Both the position numbers and the translations under genes were made by a program. DNA of 43,354 bases from Chiloscyllium plagiosum. Its lineage: Eukaryota. Numbering within the stretch: the first letter of the stretch is position 1; the number at the start of each line of letters is the position of its first letter. This document shows positions 21,658-32,881 of this stretch, in pieces. The stretch covers positions 3,289,223 through 3,332,576 of the forward strand of contig NC_057752.1 of assembly GCF_004010195.1 (NCBI RefSeq), given 5' to 3'. The notes beneath the pieces were generated by a model. The model worked only from the letters and a program-made list of their open reading frames with translations. It searched no databases and had not been told where the DNA came from.

Positions 21658-22213
21658 TTAAAAAAAAAGCAGCACAGCTCGGAAAAAAAAATGTGAAGCC
21701 CCAAGGAAAATAGTTGAGGGAATCAAGGTCAGGGCGTAAGATACAGAGACGGCCTGATGTAATGGATCCAGCCTTTCTCTCCCCGCTTCCTCCTCAAAGG
21801 GAAGTCTCTTGTTTGGGCGGGAACAAGTTTGTCCGAAATACATCCACCTCAGCTTTGGGAAGCAAAACCAAAACCCGACATGGCAGCTGTCTGGAGTTGC
21901 CCTGGCTGGGATAGCCCATCTGTATGAGTCTGAAGCGAGGCGGCTGAAGTGTTTTAGTGATGGGTGGGTGGCTGGGACAACTCCAGAGCGCACGTGGGAT
22001 GGGACCTCAGAGCAGGAGGACACCATTTGGCCCCTTCAATGTATTCCATCACGCGGTGCCTATGCCCGTGTCGGTGCTCTGTCCCCCACTGCAAACTCTC
22101 ACCCACCCAACCTTCGAGGTCTGTCAGCCAAAGAATGGTTACATTTCACAAGGATGATATCCACACAATTCGGGTGTTCTGACATGTGCAAAAAGCATCG
22201 AGACTGTCAGTAA

Positions 22214-22449
22214 CGTAATAGCTGAAAGAGCTGCCCAGAGGGCGCTATCCCATCACCGAGTTCCCCTTTATTTAAATGTGGAGAGACCTTGACACTGATC
22301 CAGCTCCCTCACAGCCAGCTCTCAGAGTGAACAGAATCTCTGACCCTCTTGTTTATATCTGTCAGCCAGGGCTCCCTGTTTGGACCTGGTTAACAGCCCC
22401 AATCAGGGAACTCGGCTTCCACGCTGTCCACCTAGCTGACTTTGTTACA
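22214..22449 (-). mobile_element. Solo LTR with 4-bp TSD
   Basis: Ends (T>C)GTAA...TTACA; GTAA at 22210-22213 and 22450-22453; minus strand order CTGATTGG (~22400), GATATAAAC (~22355), AATAAA (~22270). Confidence 0.75.
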
Positions 22450-22639
22450 GTAATAATTAAATGCTTGTGGTGAGCTGCTCATGTTGCTTTGAAACCTACA
22501 CACAGGATTTAAGACGTTTTTGAGTGGAATGATCTAACCAATTTGCAAAGCAAGCAAACTCCTGCTCTTTATTAGCACGTGAAAAAGGGGAGCAAAAGCA
22601 GGTTATATAGTCCCCTTGCACCAATTTCACCTTTCACCA

Positions 22640-22930
22640 TTCTACATCAACTCCACTCACCCAGCCTTGATTCCCTTGCCCCATAAAAGTCTATTCGTTT
22701 CAATCTTTCAACAAATTTAATGATGGCACAGCCACATCCCTCTGGGGCAGAAAGTTCTGAAGATTTACCACCATCTGAAGGAAGAGATTTCTCCTCATCC
22801 CAGTTCAAAATGGCCGACCCTCCTATCCTGAGGTGGTGAACCTTAAGCTTGAGATTTTCCAGCCCGGGGTAAAAAAAAACTCTCAACATCCAGCCTGTTG
22901 AGCCCTCTGAGAATTTTACACTGTCACGTC
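22640..22930 (-). mobile_element. Degraded CR1 3' region
   Basis: Resembles 17340-17640 (GATTTACCACCATCTGA..TTTCTCCTCATC). Confidence 0.75.
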
Positions 22931-23387
22931 TCATTCTTTTTATTTGCAGAGACTTCAGGCCAATTCCATTGTATCTTTTAAGAGTACTGTATTTGTATGG
23001 GAGGATCTGAAATCTGAATACAGGCTGAAGTAACTAGTTGTAGCCAGGAACAACCATTTAATACATGCTCTTCCTAACATAGGCAGCAATAAAATGGCTT
23101 CTTGAAAATAACATGACAAAATGGCTTCGAGGCTGCAAACTGACAATTCTGCTCAAAGCTGCATAAAATGGCTTTCAACCCTACTAAAAGCTGCATACTT
23201 GAACTAACCATAGTCTGTCTCAACAAAGACTAGCAGACAATTCTTCTTTTACAGCATAGAAATAACTAGACTGGATAAGACATTACTAGTCTTACTGACC
23301 TTGCAAGTGCAGGTGCAGAGACTAGGTTCGCAAGATAGGAGTAATTGAATGCTGGAGAACAAGGTTGGTTCCCAGGAAATATCATTG

Positions 23388-23635
23388 GTTTGGAGGGATA
23401 TGGGCCTTCTGATGAAGGGCTTTTGCCTGAAACATCAATTCTCCTGCTCCTTGAATGCTTTTCCAACACCACACTGTCGACTCTGATCTCCAGCATCTGC
23501 AGTCTGCACTTTCTCCTTGAAGGGATATGGGCCAGGAAGTGACGCGTGGGACTAGTTCAGTTTGGGATTATATTAGGCACGGAATGGTTGGACCAAAGGG
23601 TCTGTTTACGTGCTGTATGTCTCTAGGACTCTATA
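23388..23635 (+). mobile_element. CR1 3' end containing a PLE family A insertion (23407-23520) with 13-bp TSD
   Basis: AGGGATATGGGCC at 23394-23406 and 23521-23533; insert begins TTCTGATGAAGGGCTTTTGCCTGAAACATC. Confidence 0.85.
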
Positions 23636-23699
23636 ACTGAGTTTCTGGATTAATAGTCTTGCGATAATACCACAGAGCCATTGCCTCCCCCAGCAAAGG

Positions 23700-23865
23700 A
23701 AAGGTATTATATTTCCAAGTCAGGATGGCGAGTGACTAGGAGGGGATCTTGAAGATGATGGTGTACCTGTTGCCCTTGCCCTCCGAGGTGCTAGTAGTTG
23801 ATGGTTTGGAGAGTGATGTAAGCGGAGCCGTGGAGAGTTGCTGCAGTGCACCTTGTAGAGTAGAA
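23700..23865 (-). mobile_element. Fragment of the 21185 LINE family
   Basis: ATATTTCCAAGTCAGGATGG..TGCAGTGCACCTTGTAGA. Confidence 0.8.
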
Positions 23866-24238
23866 TCATTGGGGGAACTTGAAACATAACGTGTAGGAGC
23901 ATCACAGAAAACCAGTCCACTAAAACCAGGGCTGCTTTGCACTGTGGCAGCTCCAGTATCTGTGCTGAAACAAGAATTTCCGCACAATTTAATTTATTTG
24001 TTTATTGGTTTTACAGAAGTGCTGTCAGACAAAACCCGTCTGCTGGGCTGGAAGTGATGGATGACCTGCCTTTTACACCACAACAATTCCTGTGATTTTG
24101 TAAATTTGACACTGAGCCATATGAAGAAATATCAGGATACGTGACGAAAGACATACCTGAAAAGAGGAAAGTAAGGCAGAGAGGTTTAAGGAGGGAATTC
24201 CAAAGCCTGAGGCCTAAGCAGCTGAAGGTGTGGCCGCC

Positions 24239-24474
24239 ATTACAATGGGGATGGTGATAATTAACTATTAAAATGGTGATAGTGATAATTAACGATTAAA
24301 GTGGGGAATGGTGATAATTAATGATTAAAATAGTGATAGTGATAATTAATGATTAAAGTGGGAATGGTGATAATTAATGATTACAATGGGGTTGATGAAA
24401 ATTAACGATTAAAATGGGGATGGTGATAATTAATTATTAAAATGGGAATGGTGATAATTAATGATTAAAATGGG
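24239..24474. repeat. 28-bp AT-rich minisatellite, ~8.5 units
   Basis: ATTAAAATGGGGATGGTGATAATTAATG consensus. Confidence 0.92.
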
Positions 24475-25303
24475 CATGTTCAGGAATTGGAATGGGGCAG
24501 GAATTTTGAAGGAAATTGAGAAATTACAGAGAATAGGAAAGCCTCAGATGACTGGTGGGATTTGACGGATATTAAAATCGAGGCCTTGGTGGATTCAGAG
24601 TCCATGCTGGGACATGGAATGTGTTAGGTCCCACCCAGCAGAGTTTGAAAGAAGCTCAGGTTTCCAGAGGGTGGAAGTGGGGGGATAGCACTGGTACGGT
24701 TATGTGCGGAACTAGCAAAGACAACTCCAAACAGAGCCTGCCATTATTCTGCCATACTTCCTGTCTGCTGAGGCCTAATCCCTGGGCTCAAAGTGCAGAA
24801 TCCATCTTATTACTGGAAAACCAATCTCTCGAGATCTTTGGGCAAAATTGCTTCCCGTTCCAAAGCAGTGCACGTGCACCAAAATGCGGACGATTCGATG
24901 GAAGTGGAGAAAGCCATGTCACTCTGGAGACAGTGGCCTTCCCTGAGGCTCTGGTTTCAAACTCCATGCCAGGACACACTTCTGGCCACAATAAGGAACG
25001 TTCGTGAAATGGTTCAGTCGGTTGATAGGGGAGCTGCCACTTCCCCAAAGGAGGATAAATGTGTGTGTGCCAAGATACCAAACAAACTGCACAGGGGCGG
25101 AACCAAGCGATGGATTCTTCAAGGTAACAACTCTGTGACTGCGCTAAAGCTTTCTGCTGCATTTCAAGGCAGTCCTTGCTTCCCCACTATCGAATGTGCT
25201 CAACGTGCTGCACTATTTTGAAAGGTAGTCTGGAATTAGCTGATGAATATCCATGAGTTCTGTCCCCCTCGGTTCCTTTCCTCACAGGCTAAGGCATTAT
25301 GGA

Positions 25304-25626
25304 TCATAGAATCCCCACAGTGTGGAACCAGGCCCTTCGGCCCAACAAGTCAATACTGACCCTCCAAGGAGTAACCCACCCAGACCCATTCCCCTACTAC
25401 GTCTACATTTACTCCTGACAAATGCACCTAACCTACACATCCCTGAACACTATGGACAATTTCAGCATGGCCAATTCACCCTAACCTAGGTATCTTTGGA
25501 CTGTGGGAGGGAAACCCACACAGACACAGGGGAGAACATGCAAACTCCACACAGACAGTCACCGAAGGCTGGAACCGAACCCGGGTCCTGGCGCTGTGAG
25601 GCAGCAGTGCTAATTACTGAGCCACA
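25304..25626 (-). mobile_element. HE1-type V-SINE
   Basis: Tail TCATAGAATCCCCACAGTGTGGAACCAGGCC; head GAGGCAGCAGTGCTAATTACTGAGCCAC. Confidence 0.92.
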
Positions 25627-26009
25627 ATCAAAGCTGCACTTTCTGGGCATCTACCACATCCACATGACTTTGAAGTGACAGAACTACAGGAGTTTACATT
25701 TCTCTATTTGTAGAATGTGTAGTATCCCTGCCTGCTGTGTCGGAGGACAGACTTCAATTCAAGGAATGTAGAGTGGACGTACACTATTATGCGGGGATGG
25801 GAAGGAATTTAATGGAGGGATCAGTGACTGGGGTTGGGCATCGATTTAAGGCGAGGGGCTGGAGGATTAGAGGAACTCATACAATCCCCACAGTGTGGGC
25901 GCAGGCCGTTCAACCCATTGGAACTTCTCCTCCCACCTTAAAAATATATCCCTGAGTTTTGAACTCCCACAACCTGGGGGAAAGACCTTTGCTACTCACC
26001 TTATCCACA

Positions 26010-26736
26010 GAATAGAACAGAATCCATACCGAGTGGAAATAGGCTATTCGGCCCAACACGTCCACACCAACTCTTCGGAGAACATCCTACCCAGACACAC
26101 CTGCCCTCCGAACCTCATTCCTGCATTTCCCATGGCCAATCCACCATAACCTGCACATCCCTGAACACGATGGGACAAGTTAGCACGGCCAATCCACCCT
26201 AACCTGCACATCCCTGGACACTATGGGACAATTTAGCATGGCCAATCCACCATAACCTCCACATCCTTGGACACTATGGGACAATTTAGCATGGGCAATC
26301 CACCTTAACCTGCACATCCCTGAACACGATGGGACAAGTTAGCATGGCCAATCCACCCTAACCTGCATATCCCTGGACACTATGGGATAACTTAGCATGG
26401 CCGATCCACCCTAACCTGCACATCCCTGGACACTATGGGGCAATTTAGCATGGCCAATCCACCCTAACCTGCACATCCCTGGACACTGTGGGGCAACGTA
26501 GCACAGCAATCCACCCTAACCTGCACATCCCTGGACACTGTGGGCACTTTAGCATGGCCAATCCACACTAACCTGCACATGTTTGGACACTGGGATGAAA
26601 CCAGAGCACCCGGAGGAAACCCACAAAGACACGGCGAGAATGTGCAAACTCCACACAGAGAGTTGCTCGAGGGTGGTATCGAACCCGGGTCCCTGGCACT
26701 GTGAGGCAGTAGCGCTAACCACTGAGCCACGAGGGC
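26010..26736 (-). mobile_element. HE1-type V-SINE with ~9 copies of the 53-bp unit (26127-26582)
   Basis: Repeated CCAATCCACCCTAACCTGCACATCCCTGGACACTATGGGACAATTTAGCATGG. Confidence 0.93.
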
Positions 26737-27178
26737 CGTGAGAAAAATTTGTTTTCACCCAGAGGGTGGTGAGAAATCTGGAACTCAGTACCTGAAAGGG
26801 TGGGAGAGGCCGAAACCCTCATCACATTTGAGGAATTTCGATGTGCCCTTGTCATGCCAAGGCAGCAAAGGCTACAAGCCAAGGACTGGGAAACAGGTTG
26901 GTTATTTTTGACTGGCGTAGACTCAATGGGCCATTTGATGTGCCGTAGCCCTCCATGATCTACAGGATGCCTTTCTGACCATTTCAAGCTGTTTGATTTC
27001 TGATTGGTTGTGTGGGATGCAAAAGGCGGTTGAGAGGGCTCAAGGGAGGAAGGCAAAAAGGCAGGAGAAAAGGAGAGAAAGGGAGAGAGGGGAGAATGTT
27101 AGGCAGAGAGAAGGAAAGGAAGTAAGAGTGAGAGATCGAAGTGAGAGTGTGAAAAGAGAGAGAGAGAAGGATGAAGAA

Positions 27179-27456
27179 GGGTGGCATGGTGGCTCAGTGG
27201 CTAGCACTGTTGCCTCACAGCACCAGCGACCCAGGTTCGATTGCTGTCTGTGTGGAGTTTGCACATTTTCCCTGTGTCTGTGTGGGTTTCCTCCCACAGT
27301 CCAAAGATATGCAGGTTAGGGTGAATTGGCCATGCTAAATTGCCCATAGTGTCAGGGGTAAATATAGGGCAGGGAAATGGGTCTGGGTGGGTTACTACTT
27401 GGAGGGTCGGTGTGGACTTGTTGGGCTGAAGAGCCTGTTTCCACACTGAAGGGATT
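27179..27456 (+). mobile_element. HE1-type V-SINE within a purine-rich tract (27030-27620)
   Basis: GGGTGGCATGGTGGCTCAGTGGCTAGCAC..CCTGTTTCCACACTG. Confidence 0.92.
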
Positions 27457-28569
27457 GAGAAGGAGCGTGAGGAAGCGAGAGTTAGAAAAGCACAAAAGAG
27501 AGAAAATGAGGCCGTGAGTTGAGCAGGGACAGAAAAGGGGAGCAAGGCAAAGGAAGGGTGAAGATACAGGGGAGGGGGAAGGGCAAAAGAAAAATGCAGG
27601 ATGAATATAAAAGAAAATTGGCCAAAGCAATGAACTGGTCTCAAATGAAGTCAGTCATCAGCTCTACTCCCTTGCCACTATGTCCTTTTCTGAATCTTGC
27701 TCCTCAGGAGTGTTTGAGACCAGCAACTGCTGCTGGATTCTTATTAAATTTGTAAAACTCTCTGAAAAACCACTAAACCTGGTACTTTCCCCAAAGACGA
27801 TCGATAAATAGCCACCTCAATTTCCTTTCTATTAACTTCTTTATCCTGCTGTTCGATAGAAGGAAAGGCTTTCCTTGGAGGGTTGGTGGTGGGTGGGTGG
27901 AGGTGGACAATCCACAAGCTCTCTCATTTTAATGAAGTAACACTCTGAGAATAAACGTTCAGAAGTTTCAGAGTCGCATCCCCAGGGAAATATGTTTGCT
28001 TCGCTCATCCCTCATTCCCCACCAATTGCACAGACTGCTGGCAGAACTGCAGCAATACACAGGCCTTCTCTGTTACGGCAACCTACTGTAAAGGTGAAGC
28101 CCTGTCCACACTGAGAATAATCACAGCAGTCCCTCTCTTTACATCCTCACGAGAGGACATGACACTGTGGCTAAGTTATATGACAAAAGAAAGACTTGTT
28201 CACCATGGGCTTTCACGTGACTTCATTCACTGGCTGTCCCTTAAACCAGCATGTTCCCTTTTGTGTAGTGTTCAGGCTCAAGTGTACTTTATTAGAGGTC
28301 AGGTATATTACAATGGGCATGTAACAAAGTGTATTAAAGCCCATCTGTACCGGTCTACTCGCCTCAGTCACTGATTCAGTGACCTTTCACTTTAATGAGC
28401 CAAGTGTCTGGTACAATGCAGATATCTCCAGTGCTGATGGGATGAGGTGAAAGGGCAGAGAATATGATGGCCCTGCATGAAGCTTATGGCTGTCATGGTA
28501 ACCGTGCAATGTCGAGTGTTCTTTTTTGGTATAATGAAATTATTATACGGCTTTTTGCTGAGATAGATA

Positions 28570-28651
28570 CAGGGAATTACCGGAGGAACTCAGCAGGTCT
28601 GTCAGCATCTGTGGGGAGGGGGAGGGGTTAAGGCGGTGAGAGGGTGAGAGT

Positions 28652-28683
<32 letters not shown>

Positions 28684-28720
28684 TACCATTTTGGATCGAT
28701 TGACCCTCCTTCAGAACAGA
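28570..28720 (-). mobile_element. Degraded PLE terminal fragment containing (GA)n
   Basis: GGAACTCAGCAGGTCTGTCAGCATCTGTGG..TGACCCTCCTTCAGAAC (decayed CUGAAGA motif); (GA)n ~28650-28684. Confidence 0.5.
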
Positions 28721-28754
28721 GCTGCTCACTGTCTCTTTTCACCCGGCTGAAGGG

Positions 28755-29312
28755 CAAGTGGCCAACTCAAGTAGGCCAATCCAATGGCCAACTCAAGTAG
28801 GCCAATCCAAGTGGGCCAATCCAAGGGAAACAACCCGAGTAGGCCAATCCAAGTGGGCCAATCCAAGGGGAACAACCCAAGTGGGCCTATCCAAGTGGGC
28901 CAATCCAAGTGGACCAATCCAAGTGGACCCCAATCCAAGTTGGGTCAATCCAAGTAGGCCAATCCAAGTGGGCCACTCCAAGTGGGCCAATCCAAGTGGA
29001 CTAACCTAAGTGGGCCAATCCAAGTGGGCCAATCCAAGTGGACCAATCCAAGTGGGCCAACCCAAGTGGGCCCATCCAAGTGCACCAAACCAAGTGGAAC
29101 AACCCAAGTGGGCCAACCCAAGTGGGGGCCAACCCAATTGGGCCATTCCAATTGGGCCAATCCAAGTGGAACAACCCAAGTGGGCCAATCCAAGTGAGCC
29201 AATCCAAGTGGGCCAACCCAAGTGGGCCAACCCAAGTGGGCCAATCCACGTGGACCAACCCAAGTGGGCCAATCCAAGTGAGCCAATCCAAGTGGGCAAA
29301 CCTAAGTGGGCC
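28755..29312. repeat. 14-bp minisatellite CCAATCCAAGTGGG, ~40 units
   Basis: Direct reading; produces the GQSKWANPSGPIQV repetitive ORFs. Confidence 0.97.
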
Positions 29313-29399
29313 CTGTTCAGGTTGGCCCCTTTGCCAGAAGTCACACATCGCCCAGTGCAAGCGCGTGCAGAACAGCTCAGGAACGGCACTCTTTTCGGT

Positions 29400-29830
29400 T
29401 GAAGAAAGAAAGACTTGCATTTGTGTAGCACCTTTCACTGCCACCAGCTGTCACGAAAGCCCCATACAACCAATGAAGTACGTTTTGAAGTGTTGCCCTA
29501 TCGTAGGAAATGGGGCAGCCATTTTGTGCGTACCTTCTGACCAACAGCACAGTGGTAATAACAAGCCCAGCTACATGTGTGAGTGAGGGATAAACGTGGA
29601 CGCAGGAGAACATCCCTGCTCTTCCTGCTGGGGTCTTTTCCATCCACTCAAGAGCACAGACTTGGTCCAGCACATTGTGAGTGACAGTGTGAGCGGCAGT
29701 GCAGCACTCCCTCAGTACTGCACGAATGTGTCAGCCTGGATACTTCCTTCCCCAACTCTGAAATGGCGCTTGAACTCACTGTCTTATGGCTCAGAGGCAT
29801 GAGTGCTCCTAACAGAGCCACAGCACATTA
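29400..29830 (-). mobile_element. DeuSINE (SacSINE1-like)
   Basis: AAGAAAGACTTGCATTTGTGTAGCACCTTTCA..CAACCAATGAAGTACGTTTTGAAGTG..GCAGCCATTTTG..GCAGCACTCCCTCAGTACTGCAC. Confidence 0.78.
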
Positions 29831-29899
29831 AAGATCAACTCGCTAGAATGTGGGAATGCAATGTGAGGGAATAGACCAGATCTGATAGATGCAGCTAAA

Positions 29900-30050
29900 T
29901 TTAGAACATAGAAAAGTACAGCACAGAACAGGCCCCTTCGGCCCACGATGTTGTGCCGAGGATTAATCTGAATCAAAAGTAAAATAATCAAACCTACGCA
30001 CTCCTCAATTCACTGCTGCCCATGTGCATGTCCAGCAGTTGCTTACATTT
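29900..30050 (-). mobile_element. CR1 3' terminal fragment
   Basis: TAGAACATAGAAAAGTACAGCACAGAACAGGCCCCTTCGGCCCACGATGTTGTGCCGA, same as 43084. Confidence 0.85.
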
Positions 30051-30147
30051 CCAGAGATGCTGGAGTTTATAGGATGAGGCTGTAAGATTAGATGCAAGAG
30101 ACCTAGGACAGAGACTTATTCACACAGAAAATGGTGCAGAGTGTCCA

Positions 30148-30660
30148 GGAGTCATAGAATCATACAGCACGGAACCGAACCTTCGGTCCTACCCTCTGTC
30201 CATGCCGACCAGATATCCTAAATTAATCTAGTCCCGTTTGCCAGCATTTGGCCCTTATCCCTTTCTATACATGTCCCCATCCAGATGCCTTTGAAATGTT
30301 GCATTCGTGCCAGCCTCCACCACTTCCTCTGGCAGCTCGTTCCATACACGTACCACCCTCTGCGTGAAAAAGTTGTCATAGAGTCATACAGATGTACAGC
30401 ATGGAAACAGACCCTTTGGTCCAACCCGTCCATGCCGACCAGATATCCCAACCCAATCTAGTCCCACCTGCCAGCACCCGGCCCATATCCCTCTAAACCT
30501 TTCCTATTCATATACCCATCCAGATGCCTTTTAAATTGTACCAGCCTCCACCACTTCCTCTGGCAGCTCATTCCATACACGTACCACCCTCTGCGTGGAA
30601 AAAGCTTCCTTTAGGTCCCTTTGAAATCTTTTCCCTCTCACCCTGAACCTGTGCCCTCTA
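30148..30660 (-). mobile_element. Two nested or tandem HER1/CR1 3' ends (30148-30375, 30376-30660)
   Basis: Both begin GTCATAG/CATACAG and contain CCAGCCTCCACCACTTCCTCTGGCAGCTC. Confidence 0.92.
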
Positions 30661-30905
30661 CGTAAAGGGTGGGCATTAGAATGACTGTTATTGTGGGGAA
30701 GGGGTGACTGGTTTGGCCGAACTTGGCTCTCTCTCTGTTGATAAATTCAGTACCCCCTTTCGCGAAATAAGGAGGCTGAAATCCTATAAAGTGCCAGGAT
30801 AGGAAGAGAGCAGGAAGCATGAAACGGTGTGCAGGGAGTGAAATAAAGAGAGAAAGCCCAGAAGGTGCTGGAAACAGAAAGCAGTGTGAGAACACAGGCG
30901 AGTAT

Positions 30906-31219
30906 TCATGATTTGGAGATGCTGGTGTTGGACTGGGGTGTACAAAGTTAAAAATCACACAACACCAGGTTATAGTCCAACAGGTTTCAACGCTGCTCTG
31001 AAACAAACATGGTCATTCTAAAAGATGAGAGACTTAACAAACAATCCAGGTCTTGTTCAATATATAATTTTGGTTTCTTCACACTGTACACTTTTGCTAT
31101 AAATTCAGTGTCCTACGATCTTATACTCCACCACCACCTGATGAGGGAGCAACGCTCCAAAAGCTAGTGTGCTTCTAATTAAACCTGTTGGACCATAACC
31201 TGGTGTTGTGTGATTTTTA
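30906..31219. mobile_element. Inverted PLE family B cassette with 12-bp TSD
   Basis: ACAGGCGAGTAT at 30894-30905 and 31220-31231; 30948-30987 is the reverse complement of 31181-31220; hammerhead at 31135-31169 with GAAA>AAAA. Confidence 0.85.
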
Positions 31220-31845
31220 ACAGGCGAGTATGTTTGAAGGAGCAGAAATAGCAAAGGGAATAGCCCTTTTGGCAAGACCATTACCTGCAAATGGACCCAT
31301 GTTCAGGCATCCTTTTCTGCATCGCAGTTTGAAAGCACAAATTATATGGAAGAGATCCATTCAGTGCTCGGAGCAAGTTGGATATCAACGGGTATCTTTG
31401 TGAACTCTTGATTCTGAGTGCATGAAAATTCATATTGAACAGAATTTCTGCTTTCTCAAGCACGGAGCTGATAATCTCAACATCAACGGCTTAACTGAAC
31501 TCCTTTCCCATGAGCGTTGTCTGTGCAGTTTCTCTCTTTTCCATGCTACTTTTCTGCTTCATATCTTGCCTTCCTATTATCTTACATTCCAGCGTTTAAT
31601 CACGCTGTGGCAACTCCCACTCTTTCAGGTCCAGATCACTGACAACGAGCAATAAGCCAAGGGAAACACAAGTCAAAGAGAGAACCAATCCCTGAACAAT
31701 GTCAAGAAACAATGCTTTCAAATCTGGGTAATCATCTGAAAATATCCAAAAAAAACTCCCTTTAGACCCCACATGAAAGACAGCTAATCCTTTAATAGCC
31801 TTGTTAAACTGTCAATCAAACTGAGCTTGGAACCACCCTCCCGTT

Positions 31846-31887
31846 GAGAATCCTGATGAAGAGCTTTTGCTCGAAACGTCGATTCTC
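31846..31887 (+). ncRNA. Minimal type I hammerhead ribozyme, best-preserved copy
   Basis: GAGAAUC-CUGAUGA-A-GAGC(uuuu)GCUC-GAAA-CGUC/GAUUCUC; 7-bp stem I, GUC cleavage triplet, palindromic ACGU stem III. Confidence 0.88.
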
Positions 31888-31976
31888 CTGCTCCTCCAAA
31901 GCTGCCTGACCTGCTGTGCTTTCCCAGCACCACACTCTCGGCCCTGATCTCCACCATCTGCAGTCCTCAGTTTCTC
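31846..31976 (+). mobile_element. PLE family A terminal repeat
   Basis: Hammerhead followed by GCTGCCTGACCTGCTGTGCTTT..CATCTGCAGTCCTCAGTTTCTC. Confidence 0.85.
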
Positions 31977-32179
31977 ATAACTGTAGTGTTTAAACTCAGA
32001 TGAATATGCATAAGAACTCAATGGACACTGTACGGACAGGCATTTTTTTTTTCCCTAGCCTGACAACCATAGCAGTCAGCAGAGTTTTATTTAAGACCCA
32101 TTGACAGCTGTAGCCTGTTATTAAGTTAAAAAATTTCAGATTATGACAGTTCGACAATCGTTATTCACCATTTTCCTTT

Positions 32180-32670
32180 GACAGCATCTTCCAAACCCTC
32201 AACTTCTTCCATCTGGAAAGACAAGGGCAGCAGATACATGGGAACACCATCCCCTGCAAATTCCCCTCCAAGCCACACACCCTTCCTGACCTGGAAATGG
32301 ATCACTTTTCCTACACGGTCGCTGGGTCAAAATCCTGGAACTCCCTCCCGAAGGGCATTGTGGGGGTTCTGACACCCCAAACACTGAAGCAGTTTTGGTA
32401 CGTGTATGGAATGAGCTGCCAGATGGAGTGGTGGAGGCTGGTACAATTATAATTAAAAAGCATCTGGATAGGTATATGAAGAGGAAGGGTTTAGAGGGAT
32501 ATGGGCTAAATGCTGGCTAAATGCTGGCAATCTAGTTCAGATTGGGATGTTGGGTCAGTGCAGATAAATCGGACCGAAGAGTCTATTTCCGTGCTGCACG
32601 GCTCTCAATGACGGTTAGGGATGGACAATTTGTGCTGGCCTAGCCAGCGTCATTCCATCCTGTGAAGGAA
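32180..32670 (+). mobile_element. 21185-family LINE 3' end with inserted CR1 3' fragment (32396-32605)
   Basis: GACAAGGGCAGCAGATACATGGGAACACCA; GTACGTGTATGGAATGAGCTGCCAGA. Confidence 0.85.
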
Positions 32671-32881
32671 TGTTGTTTTCAAAGCTGTTTATATCCATTG
32701 CATCAACTCGTGATCTCCACACTGCTGTCGCAATGTTCAAATGATAAACTCTACATCAAGTTCAAATTTCCCTGCTGTGTGAATCAGACCTGCCCACTTT
32801 CTCCCAGTCAGCGATAGTTGGAGCTGTTAGAAATGAGGACAGGGCCAGGAAGCCTGCCCTCCCACCAACGCCATCTTTAAA

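Noticed and set aside
21809..22213. 134-aa ORF, and similar ORFs at 3825-4160 and 24621-25221
   Set aside because: No recognisable domain, non-ATG starts, no convincing splice structure
27979..27988. Isolated TF motifs (EBF-like TCCCCAGGGA; RFX-like at 28489; CTCF-like at ~18449)
   Set aside because: Single short matches are expected by chance in 43 kb
28726..29586. Repetitive proteins (GQSKWANPSGPIQV)n / (LGLAHLDWPTWIGP)n
   Set aside because: Artefact of a 14-bp unit lacking stop codons; open in several frames on both strands
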